From the NCBI RefSeq assembly GCF_006345805.1, contig NC_043000.1:39680001-39744000 (forward strand): 64,000 bases of DNA, given 5' to 3'. Both the position numbers and the translations under genes were made by a program. Numbering within the stretch: the first letter of the stretch is position 1; every line of letters starts with the position of its first letter. The DNA is from Octopus sinensis. Taxonomy: Eukaryota. This document shows, one piece after another, positions 12,767-26,295 of this stretch. The notes below the pieces were generated by a model. That model ran no database searches. It saw only the letters and a list, made by a program, of their open reading frames with translations, and was not told the origin of the DNA.

Positions 12767-12925
12767 CTGTTGAATGGCTCTTTTCTCTAACTCTGATATA
12801 CGTGTAGTCTGATGGAAGTAAGTTACAGTCATCATAACAAACATCACACCGACCAGAATCAGAGGAGTGCCGAGTTTCTGGTGGAATTTGGCAAGAGAAT
12901 CTCGTAGTTTTGAAGCAGAAATCAT
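12767..12925 (-). CDS. Probable first coding exon of a host type II membrane protein (short N-tail, one hydrophobic helix, coiled-coil-like stem); Golgi glycosyltransferase-like topology, identity unknown
   Basis: MISASKLRDSLAKFHQKLGTPLILVGVMFVMMTVTYFHQTTRISELEKRAIQQ (53 codons). Acceptor ttttccttcgacag precedes 12981 and donor CAG|GTAAGA follows 12767 (phase 0). Non-repetitive sequence. Confidence 0.68.
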
Positions 12926-13025
12926 TTTGATGGCGGTTGTAGTATCTTCTTCAACAGAGAAATTTTGTGCTTGGTGTATACCTGTCGAAGGAAAAGCGAA
13001 CTGTGAAATCTCTGCTCTTGAATCG

Positions 13026-13056
<31 letters not shown>

Positions 13057-13393
13057 AGTGTGTGCGTGTGTGTCTATGTGTATGTGTATGTGCGTGGGTG
13101 TGCATATGTGTGTATGTGCGTGCGTGTGTGTATACCGAAAAATATTCAATTTCCTGTTGATATACGTACATACGTACACACACACACACACTCACACACA
13201 AACACACACAAAAACATACACATTGTGTAATTTCTTCGCAGCAGCAATGGTGGTCGTGGTGGAGGTGGTGGTGACGATGTAGTAATGAAAAGCGGATATC
13301 ATAATGACGAATACTATAACAATAAATAACAATTGAAATAAAGGAGGGTAAGAAAACATTAAAGCTTTGTGTAAATCCTCTTAGGACATAGCA

Positions 13394-13427
<34 letters not shown>

Positions 13428-13430
<3 letters not shown>

Positions 13431-14629
13431 GACTTGGACAAAATAATAGAAACACCTTAAAATGTCAAACATATTTATTTTAATATGGGGTAGGACCGCC
13501 TTTGGTAGTAATTACAGCTTGAATTCTACGAGGTATGGACTTATACACAGTTTGAATTGCTTCCAAAGGAATGTTTGTCCATTCTTCAGTTAAAACAGTC
13601 TCTTGTTCTTGTAGTGTAGTGGAGGATATCGAATCCTTACTTGTTTTTCTAAAATGCACCATAAATGTTCAATAATATTGTGATCTGGGGACTGTGGTGG
13701 CCAGATAATAAGATCAACTTCACTAGAATGTTCCTCGTGCTATTCAGTAACAACTTTAGCTGTGTGAATTGATGCATTATCATCCTGAAAGATTGCGTTT
13801 CTCTCCGGAAAAAAACCGCAACAATAGGATGAATTTGATCAGATAAAATGCTTAAATAGTCTTGACTATTAATTCTGCTGTGAAGGGAAACCATTGGGCT
13901 GGCGGATTTCCAAGATATAGCATCCACTCCCCAGATCATCACAATCCTCCTCCATGTTTAACAGTTGGAAGAAGGCAGACTAGGTCAAAATGCTTCTTTT
14001 TACTGTCTCCACACGTTTACACGGTTGGTGGTCGGAAATAAGGTAAAAGATGACTAGTCCGGGAAAATAACATTCTTCCGCTGCTCTAGGGACCATTTCT
14101 GTAATGGTTTTCTGATTGCAGCCCTCCCGTGAAATCCGGCATTGTGCAGCTTCCGACTGTGGAAGCTGCGTTCTGGGGGTGGTCATTAAGCTCTGCAGTA
14201 ATTTTGGGAGCTGTACTTTTGTGATCCTTTCTAACAATTCGCGTAAGAATCCAACGGTCCCTATCTAAAAGTGTTGGTATTCTTCCGGAGTTTTGTTTCC
14301 GCGAGGAGGTTTTTCGCTCTTTCTCAAAGGCTGTCATTACTTTTGAGACATTGCTTCTTGAAACATCAAACATTTCGGCTGTTTTCGTTATGCTAGCATC
14401 TGCCATACGAGCACCAACAATTTGACCGTTAGATCCGTCATTTTAATGAAATCTAATTACGTTTTTCTAATGATATCTGAAAAGAAACAGCAATTTTATC
14501 AAAACATTAAGCAACACTAATAATAAATCGAAAAAACATAAAATTAAACAAGCTTTTGACGGTTTTATAGATATTTCAGTATTATAATGCTATGATGCAT
14601 AGTGTTTCCATTATTTTGTCCAACAACTG
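13428..14629 (-). mobile_element. Tc1-family DNA transposon, complete ends, frameshifted transposase
   Basis: TIRs of about 28 bp (caggacttggacaaaataatagaaacac / cagttgttggacaaaataatggaaacact) with TA flanks. HTH fragments (TAEMFDVSRSNVSK, NSGR..TL.DRD), MIWG, and a WPPQSPD..IIE DD34E-type motif. Confidence 0.93.
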
Positions 14630-14656
14630 TATGTATATGTATATATATATATTTAT

Positions 14657-14828
14657 AGGCGTAGAAGTGGCTGTGTGGTAAGTATCTTTCTTACAAACCA
14701 CATGGTTCCTGGTTCAATCCCACTGCGAGGGCACCTTGGGGAAGTATCTGCTACAATAACCTCAGGCGACCAAACCATTGTAAGTGGATTTGGTAGACGG
14801 AAACTGGAAGAAGCTCGTCGTATATATG

Positions 14829-14894
<66 letters not shown>

Positions 14895-15128
14895 GTATAT
14901 GTGTGTGTGTGTTTGTGTGTATGTTTGTGTGTCTGTGTTTGTCCCCAACATCGCGTGACAACCGATGTTGGTGTGTTTACGTCCCCGTTACCTAGCGATT
15001 CGGCAAATGAGACCGACAGAATAAGTACTAGGCTTACAAAGAATAAGTCTAGGAGTCGATTTGCTCGACTAAAGCTGGTACTCCAGCATGGCCACAGTCA
15101 AATGACTGAAACAAGTTAAAGAGTAAAG
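14657..15128 (+). mobile_element. SINE family A
   Basis: Same head, CORE-like segment, internal microsatellite and tail as 2640-3020. Confidence 0.9.
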
Positions 15129-15129
15129 A

Positions 15130-15162
<33 letters not shown>

Positions 15163-15169
15163 CCGAAAT

Positions 15170-17310
15170 GTCTCTACACACCAGACATTGACATGTCCCG
15201 GAGCACAAGGCCATAATAAATAGGAGCAAGATTCCAAGGGAGAGGAAGATCCTCATGAGACGAAGGACGAAGGTTGCAAATCGACTCAACCAGCATCCCA
15301 AAAGTAGCGAAACGTCCCGCCTAAAAATAACACTGATGGAGATCGAAAAAAGGCTGCAACAATCCTATGTGAGGGAGAAAGCAGACAAAGAAGCCTGGGT
15401 TATAAAAAACACTATGTCAAACCCAAAGGCCTTCTTTCATTACGCGAAAGAAACAGCCTCAGTACACTAAAAGATAGGAACCCTCCTCCAAAAGGATGGC
15501 TCCCTCACAGACGGCCCAACTAAGATCAGTGATATACTGAATGACCACTTAAAAAGTGTCTTTATCACCCCGTTGGAACACAGACAAATGAACGAACCAG
15601 TGGACTTCTTTGCCGCCTCAGCTATAACCAGCGTGGCAGTTACAATGGAATATATGAATATTAGCGAAGAAGATATACTACTAGCCATAGAGGAAGTGAA
15701 CACAAACTCAACTGCTAGTCCTGATGGTTTCCCAGCAATCCCCTTCAAATCGTGTAAAGATTCCCTGGCAAAACCCCTCCAGATTCTCCTCCATAGCTTT
15801 CTTACAAATGGCAAACTGCCAAGCAAGCTGAAGGAGGGAATAATATACCCAATACATAAAGGGGAAAGTAGAGCAGATGCCAAAAACTATAGGCCTATCT
15901 CTCTGACTTCACGCATCAGCAAAGTCATGGAACGGATAGTCAGAGGGAAACTAATCGTATTCCTTGAAGAAAATAACTTGCTGAGTGATACCCAGCATGG
16001 TTTTCGACCATGTAGAAGATGGCTGACCCAGCTCTTACAATATTATGACTGGGTGTTGAGGCAGTTACTCAACAAATCAAATGTGGACGTTATATACCTT
16101 GATTTTGGAAAAGCTTTTGACAAGGTGGATCATGGTATGATATGCCACAAACTGCGTGACCTTGGCATAGCTGGAGTGGTTACATGACTTTCTGAAAGAT
16201 AGGAGCTAGGCAGTAGTGGCTAATGGAGCCACCTCTATGAACACACAAATAGTGAGCGGTGTTCCACAGGGCACTGTCTTGGGACCACTGCTTTTTATAG
16301 TGGCCCTCTCAGATATGCACTCAAATGTCCGGATAGCCACCCTTGCAAGTTATGCAGACGATACGAAAGTCTCACAGAAAATACAGAACCCCAGCGATGT
16401 GGCACACTTGCAGCAGGAGCTGGACTCAATTAACAGATGGGCTGACGATAATAATATACAGTTTAATGCTGAATGATTCCAAACTCTACGCTACGAGAAT
16501 CCAAAACTGAATATGAACCTTACAGGGTACACCGGTCCACAGAGAATTTCAATCCCAGAGCCTAAGTCTGTGAGGGATCTGAGTATCGACATGAGTGATG
16601 ATACCTCTTTCCAAGTGCACATTACCAGGATGGCGACAAAGTGCAGATGACTGGCTGGATGGATCCTAAGAACATTCAGAACCAGAGATGAGGAATCTAT
16701 GATGGTCCTCTGGCAGACATTCGTCCTCAGCCGCCTAGATTACTGCTCCCAACTCTGGTCACCCACAAGTGTGATATTAACAGCGGTCCTTGAAGCAATC
16801 CAGAGAAAATTCACAAAGAAGATCGTCTCTTTGCAACAGCTCAGCTACTGGGAAAGGTTGAAACAGTTAAGACTCTATTCCCTGGAAAGAAGACGGGAGA
16901 GGTATGCAGTAATATATATTTGGAAGATCCTGGAAGGAATTCTGCCAAATTTTGGCATTGAAAGCTACACCAATGTCAGAACGGGACGACACTGCATAGT
17001 GCCAAAGGTCCCAGCTATGCCATTCAGGACCAGCTACTGCAAAAACCTGGGTTTCAAGGGCCCACAGCTTTTTAATATTCTCCCAAAGAGCCTGAGGAAC
17101 TTGCACAAAGTAGATGTAGTGGTTTTTAAATCAAAGCTGGACCTCTTCCTGTCGAGAGTCTCAGATGAACCTACCTCACAGCAAGAGGTGCTAATGAGGT
17201 TAGCGATACCAAACTCCATCCTTCACCAAGTGTCACATATTAGAGAAGGCTCTTAGTAATAACACTGTAGCAAAACGGCAGAGCATCAGCATGGTCACAG
17301 CTCATTCCCT
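15170..17310 (+). mobile_element. 5'-truncated CR1-clade LINE (RT with stops and frameshifts)
   Basis: SPDGFP, NYRPISLTS..SKVMERI, QHGFR, VIYLDFGKAFDKVDH, SGVPQGTVLGPLLF, YADDTK, SRLDYCSQLWSP, YSLERRRERY, followed by a 3' tail. Confidence 0.93.
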
Positions 17311-17560
17311 GTGTTGCTTGTCTAATTTTCCATTTGTTTCTTTCGTTGCTTGCAAAAATAGCCCTTATTCAATGTCCTCGCACTTCGTATTATTTCTTGT
17401 TTATGTTTTGTGTCGTACTGTGCCCACATATGCATATACGTATGTATATATGCATGTATATATATTATTTATATTGTTACATGCTTGAACGCCTCGCATC
17501 CTTTTCTAAGTAAGTTTTACATACACCCACGCACACACACAACACACACACACACACACA

Positions 17561-17620
<60 letters not shown>

Positions 17621-17625
<5 letters not shown>

Positions 17626-17770
17626 CAACAATGATATCCAGAGGAAATGCATTACCTCTGGGTATCCTTGTTGCTTATTTGGTTATAGTCTCCCCATTTT
17701 GAATTATATCGATAATACCATACTAAATTTTGGTGCCTTTAAATTAAGTACCATACTCAACTGAACCTAT
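17621..17770 (-). repeat. Copy of the 1441-1565 repeat, with a 58-nt foldback at its end
   Basis: taagcaacaatgatatccagagg...cctctgggtatccttgttgctta palindrome. Confidence 0.7.
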
Positions 17771-17782
17771 ATATATATATAT

Positions 17783-18090
17783 ATCACCGTCATCACCGTG
17801 ACCGACCAGGCTATCAGATGTTGCTGCACATCGCTGGTCACAATGCGCTTTGCATTGTTTTAGCCTTCAAATGACGCCACCCCGCTGGCTAAGCGAGCAG
17901 ACCAACAGAAGAAAGAGAGAAAGATGTGACGAAAGAGTACAGCAGCCCCTGCTGTACTCTTCGCCACCCCGCCCTGCCGGAGACACGTGGAGCTTTAAGT
18001 GTTTTCGCTCAATAAACACTCACAACGCCCGGTTTGGGAATCGAAACCGCGATTCTACAACAGCGTGTCCGCTGCCCTAACCACTGGGCC
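17783..18090 (-). mobile_element. tRNA-derived SINE, family B' (B head, alternative tail)
   Basis: Reverse complement matches 60103-60407. Confidence 0.85.
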
Positions 18091-18369
18091 GTATGTATGT
18101 ATGTATGTGTATATATATATATGTGTGTGTGTGTGTACGCATACATGGAATCATATATGAACATACTTACATATATGAAAAATACGAATACATTTTAGCT
18201 TTAATAGATAAAGAGAACAAAGTCACTAATAGAGAATAGAATCACTATACGCTATAATATATTTCACTCTAAACCTAAAATTTAGAATTAACTACGATAA
18301 ATTATACTTTTGTGTCATCTACATAGCTAGCAAGTATGGCTACTCAGCCGCTTGGACTACTACTCCCTA

Positions 18370-18915
18370 CTATGGTCATCACACAATATAAAATTAACGG
18401 CAGAACTCGAAGCAATCCAAACAGAATCAACTCAATACAACGTATCAGCTACTGGGAAACACTGAAAGAATTAGAACTCTTTTCTCTAGAATGAAGGCGG
18501 GAAAGATATGCAGTGATATACATCTGGAATATCCCGGAAGGCCTTGTACCAAACTTTGGCATTCAAAGTTACACAAACTGCATAGTGCCAAAGATCCCAG
18601 AATTTCTATCAAAATACAGGACCAGATGCTGCAATAGCTTGGATTTCAAGGGCCCACAGCTCTTCAATATCCTTCCAAAATACCTGAGGGACGTGCATGG
18701 TATGGATGTAGGTGTCTTCCAAACAAAACCGGATCTCCTCCTGTCAAGACTTCCAGATGAGCCTACCTCACGGCCGGAAACACAGATGAGGGCAGTGGCA
18801 TTAAACTCCCTCATTTACCAAATGCTACATATCAAAGGAGGTTTCAGATAATGGTGTAGCACAGTCAACGGTGGTGTCCCAGCATGACAGTAGCTTTGAA
18901 GCTGAAGCAATTTTA
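18370..18915 (+). mobile_element. 3' fragment of the CR1-clade LINE
   Basis: IYIWNIPEGLVPNFGI...FKGPQLFNILP...DEP, homologous to 16699-17256, with the same 3' tail. Confidence 0.88.
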
Positions 18916-19149
18916 AAATTAAAGATTAAACATTATACACACATAAAAACATATCAGCAATGTCGCAATGCCTCTTTCTAAAAGAAATACACACCAGTAA
19001 CTTGTCTATAATTGAAAGCAGCATGATGCCTCCGTAGTTGTAATCCTGTTATTACTTATGCAAAGACATTATATCGGTATTGCAAAGATCACTTAGAATT
19101 TCCCCTCTCTCCCTCTATAATGTGAAGTGGTCAGTGAGCTTCTGAAGAA

Positions 19150-19760
19150 GTCAACCCCAGCCATGCTTGTATACCTCAGCTGAATGACCACTACCACCAC
19201 ACTCTTGAGGGTTCTCAGCTTAGCAATTACTGCCTTGACCTCGCCTATAGAGAGTGGATGGTCCAGCTCTGTTTCCTCCATTAGTATTCTGCTAATGGAC
19301 TCTGCTTGCACTAAGCATGTGTCTCCGAACATGCGTAGTTTTCATTCCTGTGATACAAAATCTCATTATTCTCCGTCGGCAGAACCATTCCATCAACAGA
19401 GCACAAACGGGCTTGAGTTTGGTAGGTGGGGCCGCTAATTGTGTGAAGTGCCTCATATAAGAATTTGATGTCTCCCTGGTTAGCATGACGTAGCATTGTC
19501 TCTTGCTTCCCACCAATTGTTCGGGATGTGCCACAGTTTCTGTTGGAGATATCTAAAGGCAGAATTATTGGCAGACTTGTTTATCTGGATGTTGGCGTTG
19601 GTGAGTATTCTTTGGTGACAAATATGATTCTGGTGGAGAAATTAATGTATTTCTTCATCGTTTTCAACAAACCACTCCTTGTTCTCTCTCAAGAAACCCT
19701 CCATCTCAGCAGCTTCTCCCGTACCGTAGTTTTGGGAGTCTTGTAGGGGAAGCAGTTGGC
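19150..19760 (-). mobile_element. RTE (BovB-like) LINE internal fragment, EN-RT linker
   Basis: LYEALHTISGP...ARLCSVDG..L.TE..EIL and LDHPLSIGEVKAVIAKL resemble RTE linker motifs. Confidence 0.6.
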
Positions 19761-19909
19761 AGCTTTGGTGGTTTACACCTTTTTTCTATAAGAGACGTTG
19801 ACTGCAGAGTTTGTCTTTAGAAGTTTAAATATATGACAAACATATTTTAACTAAGCTAAAGTATGCTTAGATTAGTATATTGATATAAACACTCTCTCTT
19901 TTATCTATA

Positions 19910-20302
19910 CTTTTTCACTTGCTTCAGTCATTTGAATATGGCCATGCTGGAGCACCGCCTTTAGTCGAGCAAATCGACCACAAGACGTATTCTTTGTAGG
20001 CCTAGTACTTATTCTATCGGTCTCTTTTGCCGAACCGCTAAGTTACGGGGACGTAAATACACTAGCATAGGTTGTCAAGCGATGTTGGGGGACAAACACA
20101 GACACACAAGCATACACACACACATACATATATATACATATATACGACGGGATTCTTTCAGTTTCTGTCTACCAAATCCACTCACAAGTCTTTGGTCAGC
20201 CCGACACTATAGCAAAAGACACTTGCACAAGGTGCCACGCAGTGGGACTGAACCCGGAACCATGTGGTTGCTAAGCTAGCAACACAGCCACTCCTACGCC
20301 TA
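19910..20302 (-). mobile_element. SINE family A
   Basis: Full match to the family in reverse orientation. Confidence 0.9.
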
Positions 20303-20604
20303 TGGGAAATTTTTAGGTTTTCATCACAACAACATTGTTTTAATGTTTGCTTGTTCATGTTTGTGAGGGTTGGGTAGAGTTTGAGGTGGATTTTCTATGA
20401 CTTGATATCCTTCCTGTCACCAAACCACACCTGTTTCCAAGCAAGGTAATATTCCTTGTGTTTTTGAAGAATATTGGAATAAATGACACTGCTGGTATGA
20501 CAGGGACACTCATTTACAAATATTACGCTTTGTCAAGACAAGCAAACACAAACACAAGCAAACACTCACTCACTTTTAGGCATATATAAATGTGTGTGTA
20601 TAGG

Positions 20605-20649
<45 letters not shown>

Positions 20650-20726
20650 TTTATGTATATGTGTGTATATTTGTATGTATATGTATAAATATATACACAT
20701 ATACGTGTGTGTATGTGTGTGTGTGC

Positions 20727-21069
<343 letters not shown>

Positions 21070-21078
21070 TGATATGTA

Positions 21079-21461
21079 GAGGCGCAACAGACCTGTGGTT
21101 ATGGCATTGGTCTCACAGTCATAGGATTGCAGTTTCGATTCCCAGACCAGGCGTTGTCAGTGTTTATTGAGCAAAAACACCTAAAGCTACACGAGGATCC
21201 GCCAGGGGGATTTGTTGAACCCTACTGTACTCTTTCACCACAACATTCTCACACACTTTCTTCCTGTTTCTGTTGTACCTGTATTTCAAAGGGCCAGCCT
21301 TGTCACACTCTGTGTCACGCTGAATCTCCCCAAGAACTACGTTAAGGGTACATGTGTCTGTGGAGTGCTCAGCCACCTGCACGTTAATTTCACGAGCAGG
21401 CTGTTCCGTTGATCTCAACAATTGAAACCCTTGTCGTCTTAACGGACGGAGTGCCCTAGTA
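21079..21461 (+). mobile_element. tRNA-derived SINE, family B, full length with 15-bp TSD
   Basis: TSD atatattgatatgta at 21064-21078 and 21462-21476; homologous to 35706-36069 and 63274-63659. Confidence 0.9.
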
Positions 21462-21685
21462 ATATATTGATATGTATATATGTATGTTTTTAAAATTATA
21501 ATAAGGGTGCTGTCTGCTAGTGATAGATTCCAAATGGTCTATGAACTACTTAGATTATTGCTCCATTACACAAAGCGTGGAAAAATAGACAGCAAAGATT
21601 TATAAAATAACTTGGCTTGTCCTAAATCTATAGATTTCAGTGTTTGAGTTTTTAAATACTCTTTCAAATCATCAGTAGGAAATAT

Positions 21686-21953
21686 TATGGACTATAATAA
21701 CTGTTATAATTTAATCATCCATATTCTGATATAATATTTCGGAATATAAAAATTCCTTCTTCAGATATCCCTAGAAATTGATCGAGTCACTGCTATAATC
21801 GATTTTCCAAAAGTTTTTAAATTTTTTTTTACGTTTGGAAAATCGATTATAGCAATGACTCGATCATTTCCTATGGATATCTGAAGAAGGAATTTTTATA
21901 TATATTATATCAGATTATGGGTGATTAAAATATAACAGTTATTATAGTCCATA
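21686..21953. repeat. Foldback element, arms of about 125 bp, spacer of about 22 nt
   Basis: 21686-21811 is the reverse complement of 21834-21953, with few mismatches. Confidence 0.92.
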
Positions 21954-21959
21954 GTTGTT

Positions 21960-22295
21960 GTGCCATTCAAAACACATTACACCAGTATGGCCATTGTACG
22001 AGGCTTACCTGTTAACGGTGCGGTGATCGAATATGACTTTTTAGACCAGCTAAAGATCTACAATGTCTTGTACAGAATTGGCTGCTAAAACCTTTACTGG
22101 CAACAGCCGGCTGTAGTTGTAACTGGGTTTCTTATACCTTTGCATGTCGTATAAGTCCTCCCGCCGAATCACATTCCCTTCCCCATGCCTTACAGATATG
22201 ATTAGTATGGTGTGTAACACCACCACCAGCGGCCTGGTAGTCAATCATCGGTCTCGTTTTATGACGACGAAGATGACTCTTTACTGAGGCAGGGT
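21960..22295 (-). mobile_element. Possible LINE 3' end with degenerate C2H2 zinc-finger-like motifs (RTE-like)
   Basis: KSHLRRH...ICKAWGRECDSAGGLIRHAK resembles RTE C-terminal zinc fingers. Confidence 0.35.
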
Positions 22296-22423
22296 CTTGC
22301 GCATACGTATGCACACACATACATACATACATACCTACATATATGCATACGTAGGTATAGGTATATTCACTCATAAATTTGTCATTCTAAGCACACACAC
22401 ACTCACACATATATATATATGTT

Positions 22424-22467
<44 letters not shown>

Positions 22468-22859
22468 CGTATGTTTTAGTATAGTTTCTATATATAAGCA
22501 TTATACACACTGTCACACTGTAACTCTTTTGTTTCGTTCTTTTATCTGTGGAATTCTTTCTGCTACGCTTAGGCGTGGTTCTGCTGTTATTTCTAGTATC
22601 TGGGATGTCTTTCATAATGTTTTTCTTTGCTGGAAGGGACAGTGAATGAGAAAGGGTAAAAAGAAAAGAAACACAGATTGATCAGAAAGATACAGGTGTT
22701 TTATAAACAGGTATACTAAAATTATGTATGTTTTACTCTCTCCCTTTCTCTCTCTTATTCTATCTTTCTCTCTCTCCCTTTCTGTTGGCTTTATTCTATC
22801 TCTGTCATTCTCTCTATATATATATATACAATATTCTACAACTCTCTCTTTATATCTTC

Positions 22860-23045
22860 ATCTCTCTCTCTCTCTACCTCTCTCTCTCTCTCTCTCTACC
22901 TCTCTCTCTCTCTCTTTATATCTTCATCTCTCTCTCTCTACCTCTCTCTCTCTCTCTACCTCTCTCTCTCTCTCTACCTCTCTCTCTCTCTCTCTACCTC
23001 TCTCTCTCTCTACCTCTCTCTCTCTCTCTACCTCTCTCTCTCTCA
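22860..23045. repeat. Compound (CT)n microsatellite with periodic TAC interruptions
   Basis: Seen directly in the sequence. Confidence 0.95.
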
Positions 23046-23709
23046 TCTAAGTTAAGTTACGTTGTCGCTTTACATATAAAGTTAAATATTAGAGAAGAAA
23101 ATTATTTACCATGGACGGACAGGTGTCCTCATCTTTTCTCTTGTTATCACAACTTTCCAAGTTTCATCAGATGTTCTGGTGGAATATATACATACATATA
23201 CACAAACGCATACACATATATATATATACATATATATACCGTAATATGTAACATCCAAGTATCAAGGTGTAGGAAAATAGTAAGCTTCGAGCAATCCGTA
23301 GAATGTATAAAATACAACTTTCAGGAACAATAGTGGTTACTTGACGTCGAAGGTTGTAAAATTTTCCCGTATCCAAGTTCGGTAAACTGAAAAAATTAAA
23401 ATGCTGGTAAAATGTTTCATAGTATTTTTCCCCAAACCCTTTACGTTCTGAGCTCAAATCTTCTCACGGTTGACTTTCAATTTTAATTTTTGTGCCGATA
23501 AAACGTATTACCAGTCAAGTGCAAAGTTTGAGGCAAGAATCTTGTACACTTTCCTCAAAATTGCTGGATTTAAACCCTACAACGGAACAGAATGACATTT
23601 AGGGTTATGTTATGTCCTCAGTCATTTGCGTGCCAAGGAAACAGGAGATCGGTCTGATGAGTCATACGGCTCAAGAAATATTTGTATCCAGACTCTTACA
23701 TGTGTGTAT

Positions 23710-23972
23710 ATATATCAACATGGACTCGCCCCTCGTTAGACTTCGTATAAAGCTTCTGCAATTTCTTGGTGAACAACCATACAGATGATATGTTTATAGT
23801 GATCAAATATTTGTGTTCAGTTAAACTCACTCCCTCAATCGAATCTGCATTACCTTTACAGGTGAACGATGTGTCACATACCACAGGACGATATAATTGC
23901 AGAACAACGCAAAATGAAGCATTTTTGCTCAAGAACACCACATAGCACCCGATCCGGGAATCGAAACCACGA
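23710..23972 (-). mobile_element. SINE-like element whose tRNA head is cut off by the adjacent SINE C
   Basis: Minus strand reads atcgtggtttcgattcccggatcgg...cttgagcaaaa (B-box region plus CORE-like segment), ending at the SINE C junction. Confidence 0.55.
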
Positions 23973-23976
23973 TATA

Positions 23977-24230
23977 GGCGGCGAGCTGGCAGAATCGTTA
24001 GCACGCCGGGCGAAATGCGTAGCCGTATTTCGTCTGCCGCTACGTTCTGAGTTCAAATTCCGCTGAGGTCGACTTTGCCTTTCATCCTTTCGGGGTCGAT
24101 TAAATAAGTACCAGTTACGCACTGGGGTCGATATAATCGACTTAATCCGTTTGTCTGTCCTTGTTTGTCCCCTCTGTGTTTAGCCCCTTGTGGGTAGTAA
24201 AGAAATAGATATATATTTATATATGCATAA
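23977..24230 (+). mobile_element. tRNA-derived SINE, family C
   Basis: ggcggcgagctggcagaatcgttagc...gagttcaaattccg...catcctttcggggtcgat; further copies at 41160 and 54920-55313. Confidence 0.9.
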
Positions 24231-24772
24231 AAATATGTATGTATGTATGTATATCTGGTAAAATTTTTCACATAAGAAAACCCGGATCTGATATTCTATT
24301 TTGTTACAAATATGCATTCATGTATAATAACACACCTTAAATGTCTCAAATTTCTATCTCGGTCACAAACAACAACTCTTTTCAAATTTCTTTTGTATAT
24401 CACACAAAAGAACGGCCATATTAAAAATATTATTCAAGTCAAAATAAATACAGCAAGTCCGACATACACACCTGCATATACGCACAACTACATTATTTAC
24501 ATATAGAATTATATACATTCACATATGCAGAATCAAATACTCATATTTATATGCATACATACACATATACACAGTTAATTACTTAAATCCTATTTCTTGC
24601 ACAATGAAACATTCATTCAAATGGTGACTCACTATTTCGTTTCACTTTTTTTGACAATTCTAAATCTCAGTTGAAATCTTAGCAGAAACCCAAGTACGTA
24701 TGCATTCACACAAATCCATCAAGTTATCTATCTATACATTCATGTATACTGTCATGTGTGTGTGTGTGTGTG

Positions 24773-24811
<39 letters not shown>

Positions 24812-25639
24812 CCTCGTTGATGAAGGAAGAATCCTTTTCGGATTAATCCAGAAATCGGAACAGATACGGGGATAACTATATTTTATGAATTTCTGTTAGC
24901 TTGCTCTCCTCGTTTCGACATGTGGTGTAATAATAAAACTAAAAATATTTTATGTGGTTAGACGATTTAGCGTCTATTTTTCAGCACATTAGCAAAGAAA
25001 GTTTTTCTTTTTGCCCCACATTTCTGCGTCCATAACACCTTCCAACAGACAGGTCATCACCTTTCGCTTGCTGGCTTTGCAACCAAAAACCGGTTTCGGA
25101 GTATTTCCACCTTATCAATGTGGAGTAGCCGAGTCCAGCAGGCGTCGCTGTTGACCATCTGCCAAGCCGACAAGGGGATGTTGATGACCTCACCTGTTCG
25201 CAGGTGTTATGGCATTCAGTGTGTGTGTTTGGTATGGATTTCAGCCCCAAAGTAGGTGCTACACCCACCAAGATCTTCCAATTATGTGTCACTGCAAAGA
25301 TACAGAATCATTTATACCATGTTCATAAAAATCAGGGTTTTTACCTGTCTATGAGGTATCACTACGAAAGTCCATACAGCAGTCTTTTGGGGATTTTTTT
25401 CTACTGAATTTATTTCATTTTATGTTCACTTTATTATTAATATAAACGGTTTGATACCTAAGCAGCTATCAGAACATCTATTTTAGTATATTTTCATTAG
25501 TTCAGCTGATACATTACCTATATTCAACTTTTATTTGCACAGATTATGTATCCTTTCATTTGACAATCAATTTTAGGTTCTTGGTCTGCTCTCGTCACTT
25601 ATTCTCTGTATGTATTATACACCTGTCTTCTTGCCTTCT

Positions 25640-26295
25640 TAACTATTATACATACATACATTCATGAAGACCATCAAATCCTTGAAAATTGTCAATTAAT
25701 TTGGAGCAGAGATTTTTCCAAATTCCGGGTATGAGTATCAGAAAACACCTTTTCAAGTCTGTATACAAACAGTTTCTTTTCTTCCATTAACGTCTATAAT
25801 GAAACGTTTGTCAGTTTGTGTGAGGACTCGATAAGGTCCTTTATATGGTAGTGTGAGGTGACCCCCACAGAGTCATTTTGTAAGGAGACGTGGGTCCACG
25901 AAGCAATGTTGTTCGGGGAGGGTGATGCAAATTACTCTGTTTGAGGACGATGTTCGTAGGTTGAATATTTGCAAAGTACGACCGCATTCGGTTGACGTAC
26001 ATAGATTTTGGTTAGATGTGTCTGTAGGTGCCAGGCAAACAGCTGGCCAGGCAAAGATAACGGTACTCCATAAAGTAGCTCAGCGGAAGTAAAACCCATA
26101 TCCACTTTAACGGAGGACTGACAACCTAAAAGGACGATAGGTAGGTACCCGAGGTGATGCACCCAGGGCTGCTTTTAGCTGAAGGTGGAATCGTTCCACC
26201 ATCTCGTTAGAAGCCGGGTGGAAACTGGTCGTGTGCAGATGTTGCACTCCCAAAAAGCGTGACAGTTCTCGGAAAACACTGAACTCGACCGTCAA
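25640..26295 (-). mobile_element. Gypsy/Ty3 LTR retrotransposon integrase remnant
   Basis: LGVQHLHTTSFHPASNEMVERFHLQLKAAL; LPIVLLG...SAELLYG..LSLPG; PYKGPYRVL...NGRKETV (GPY/F module). Confidence 0.85.

Noticed and set aside
12695-13441. 248-aa ORF as a complete gene
   Set aside because: The N-terminal two thirds are microsatellite; only the splice-bounded 12767-12981 part is credible.
23230-23385. Possible minus-strand exon after a ttttaattttttcag acceptor
   Set aside because: No clear donor or coding signal, and SINE-like remnants lie next to it.
23655-23685. CTGATGAG...GAAA hammerhead-like string
   Set aside because: Stem II and stems I/III do not pair convincingly.
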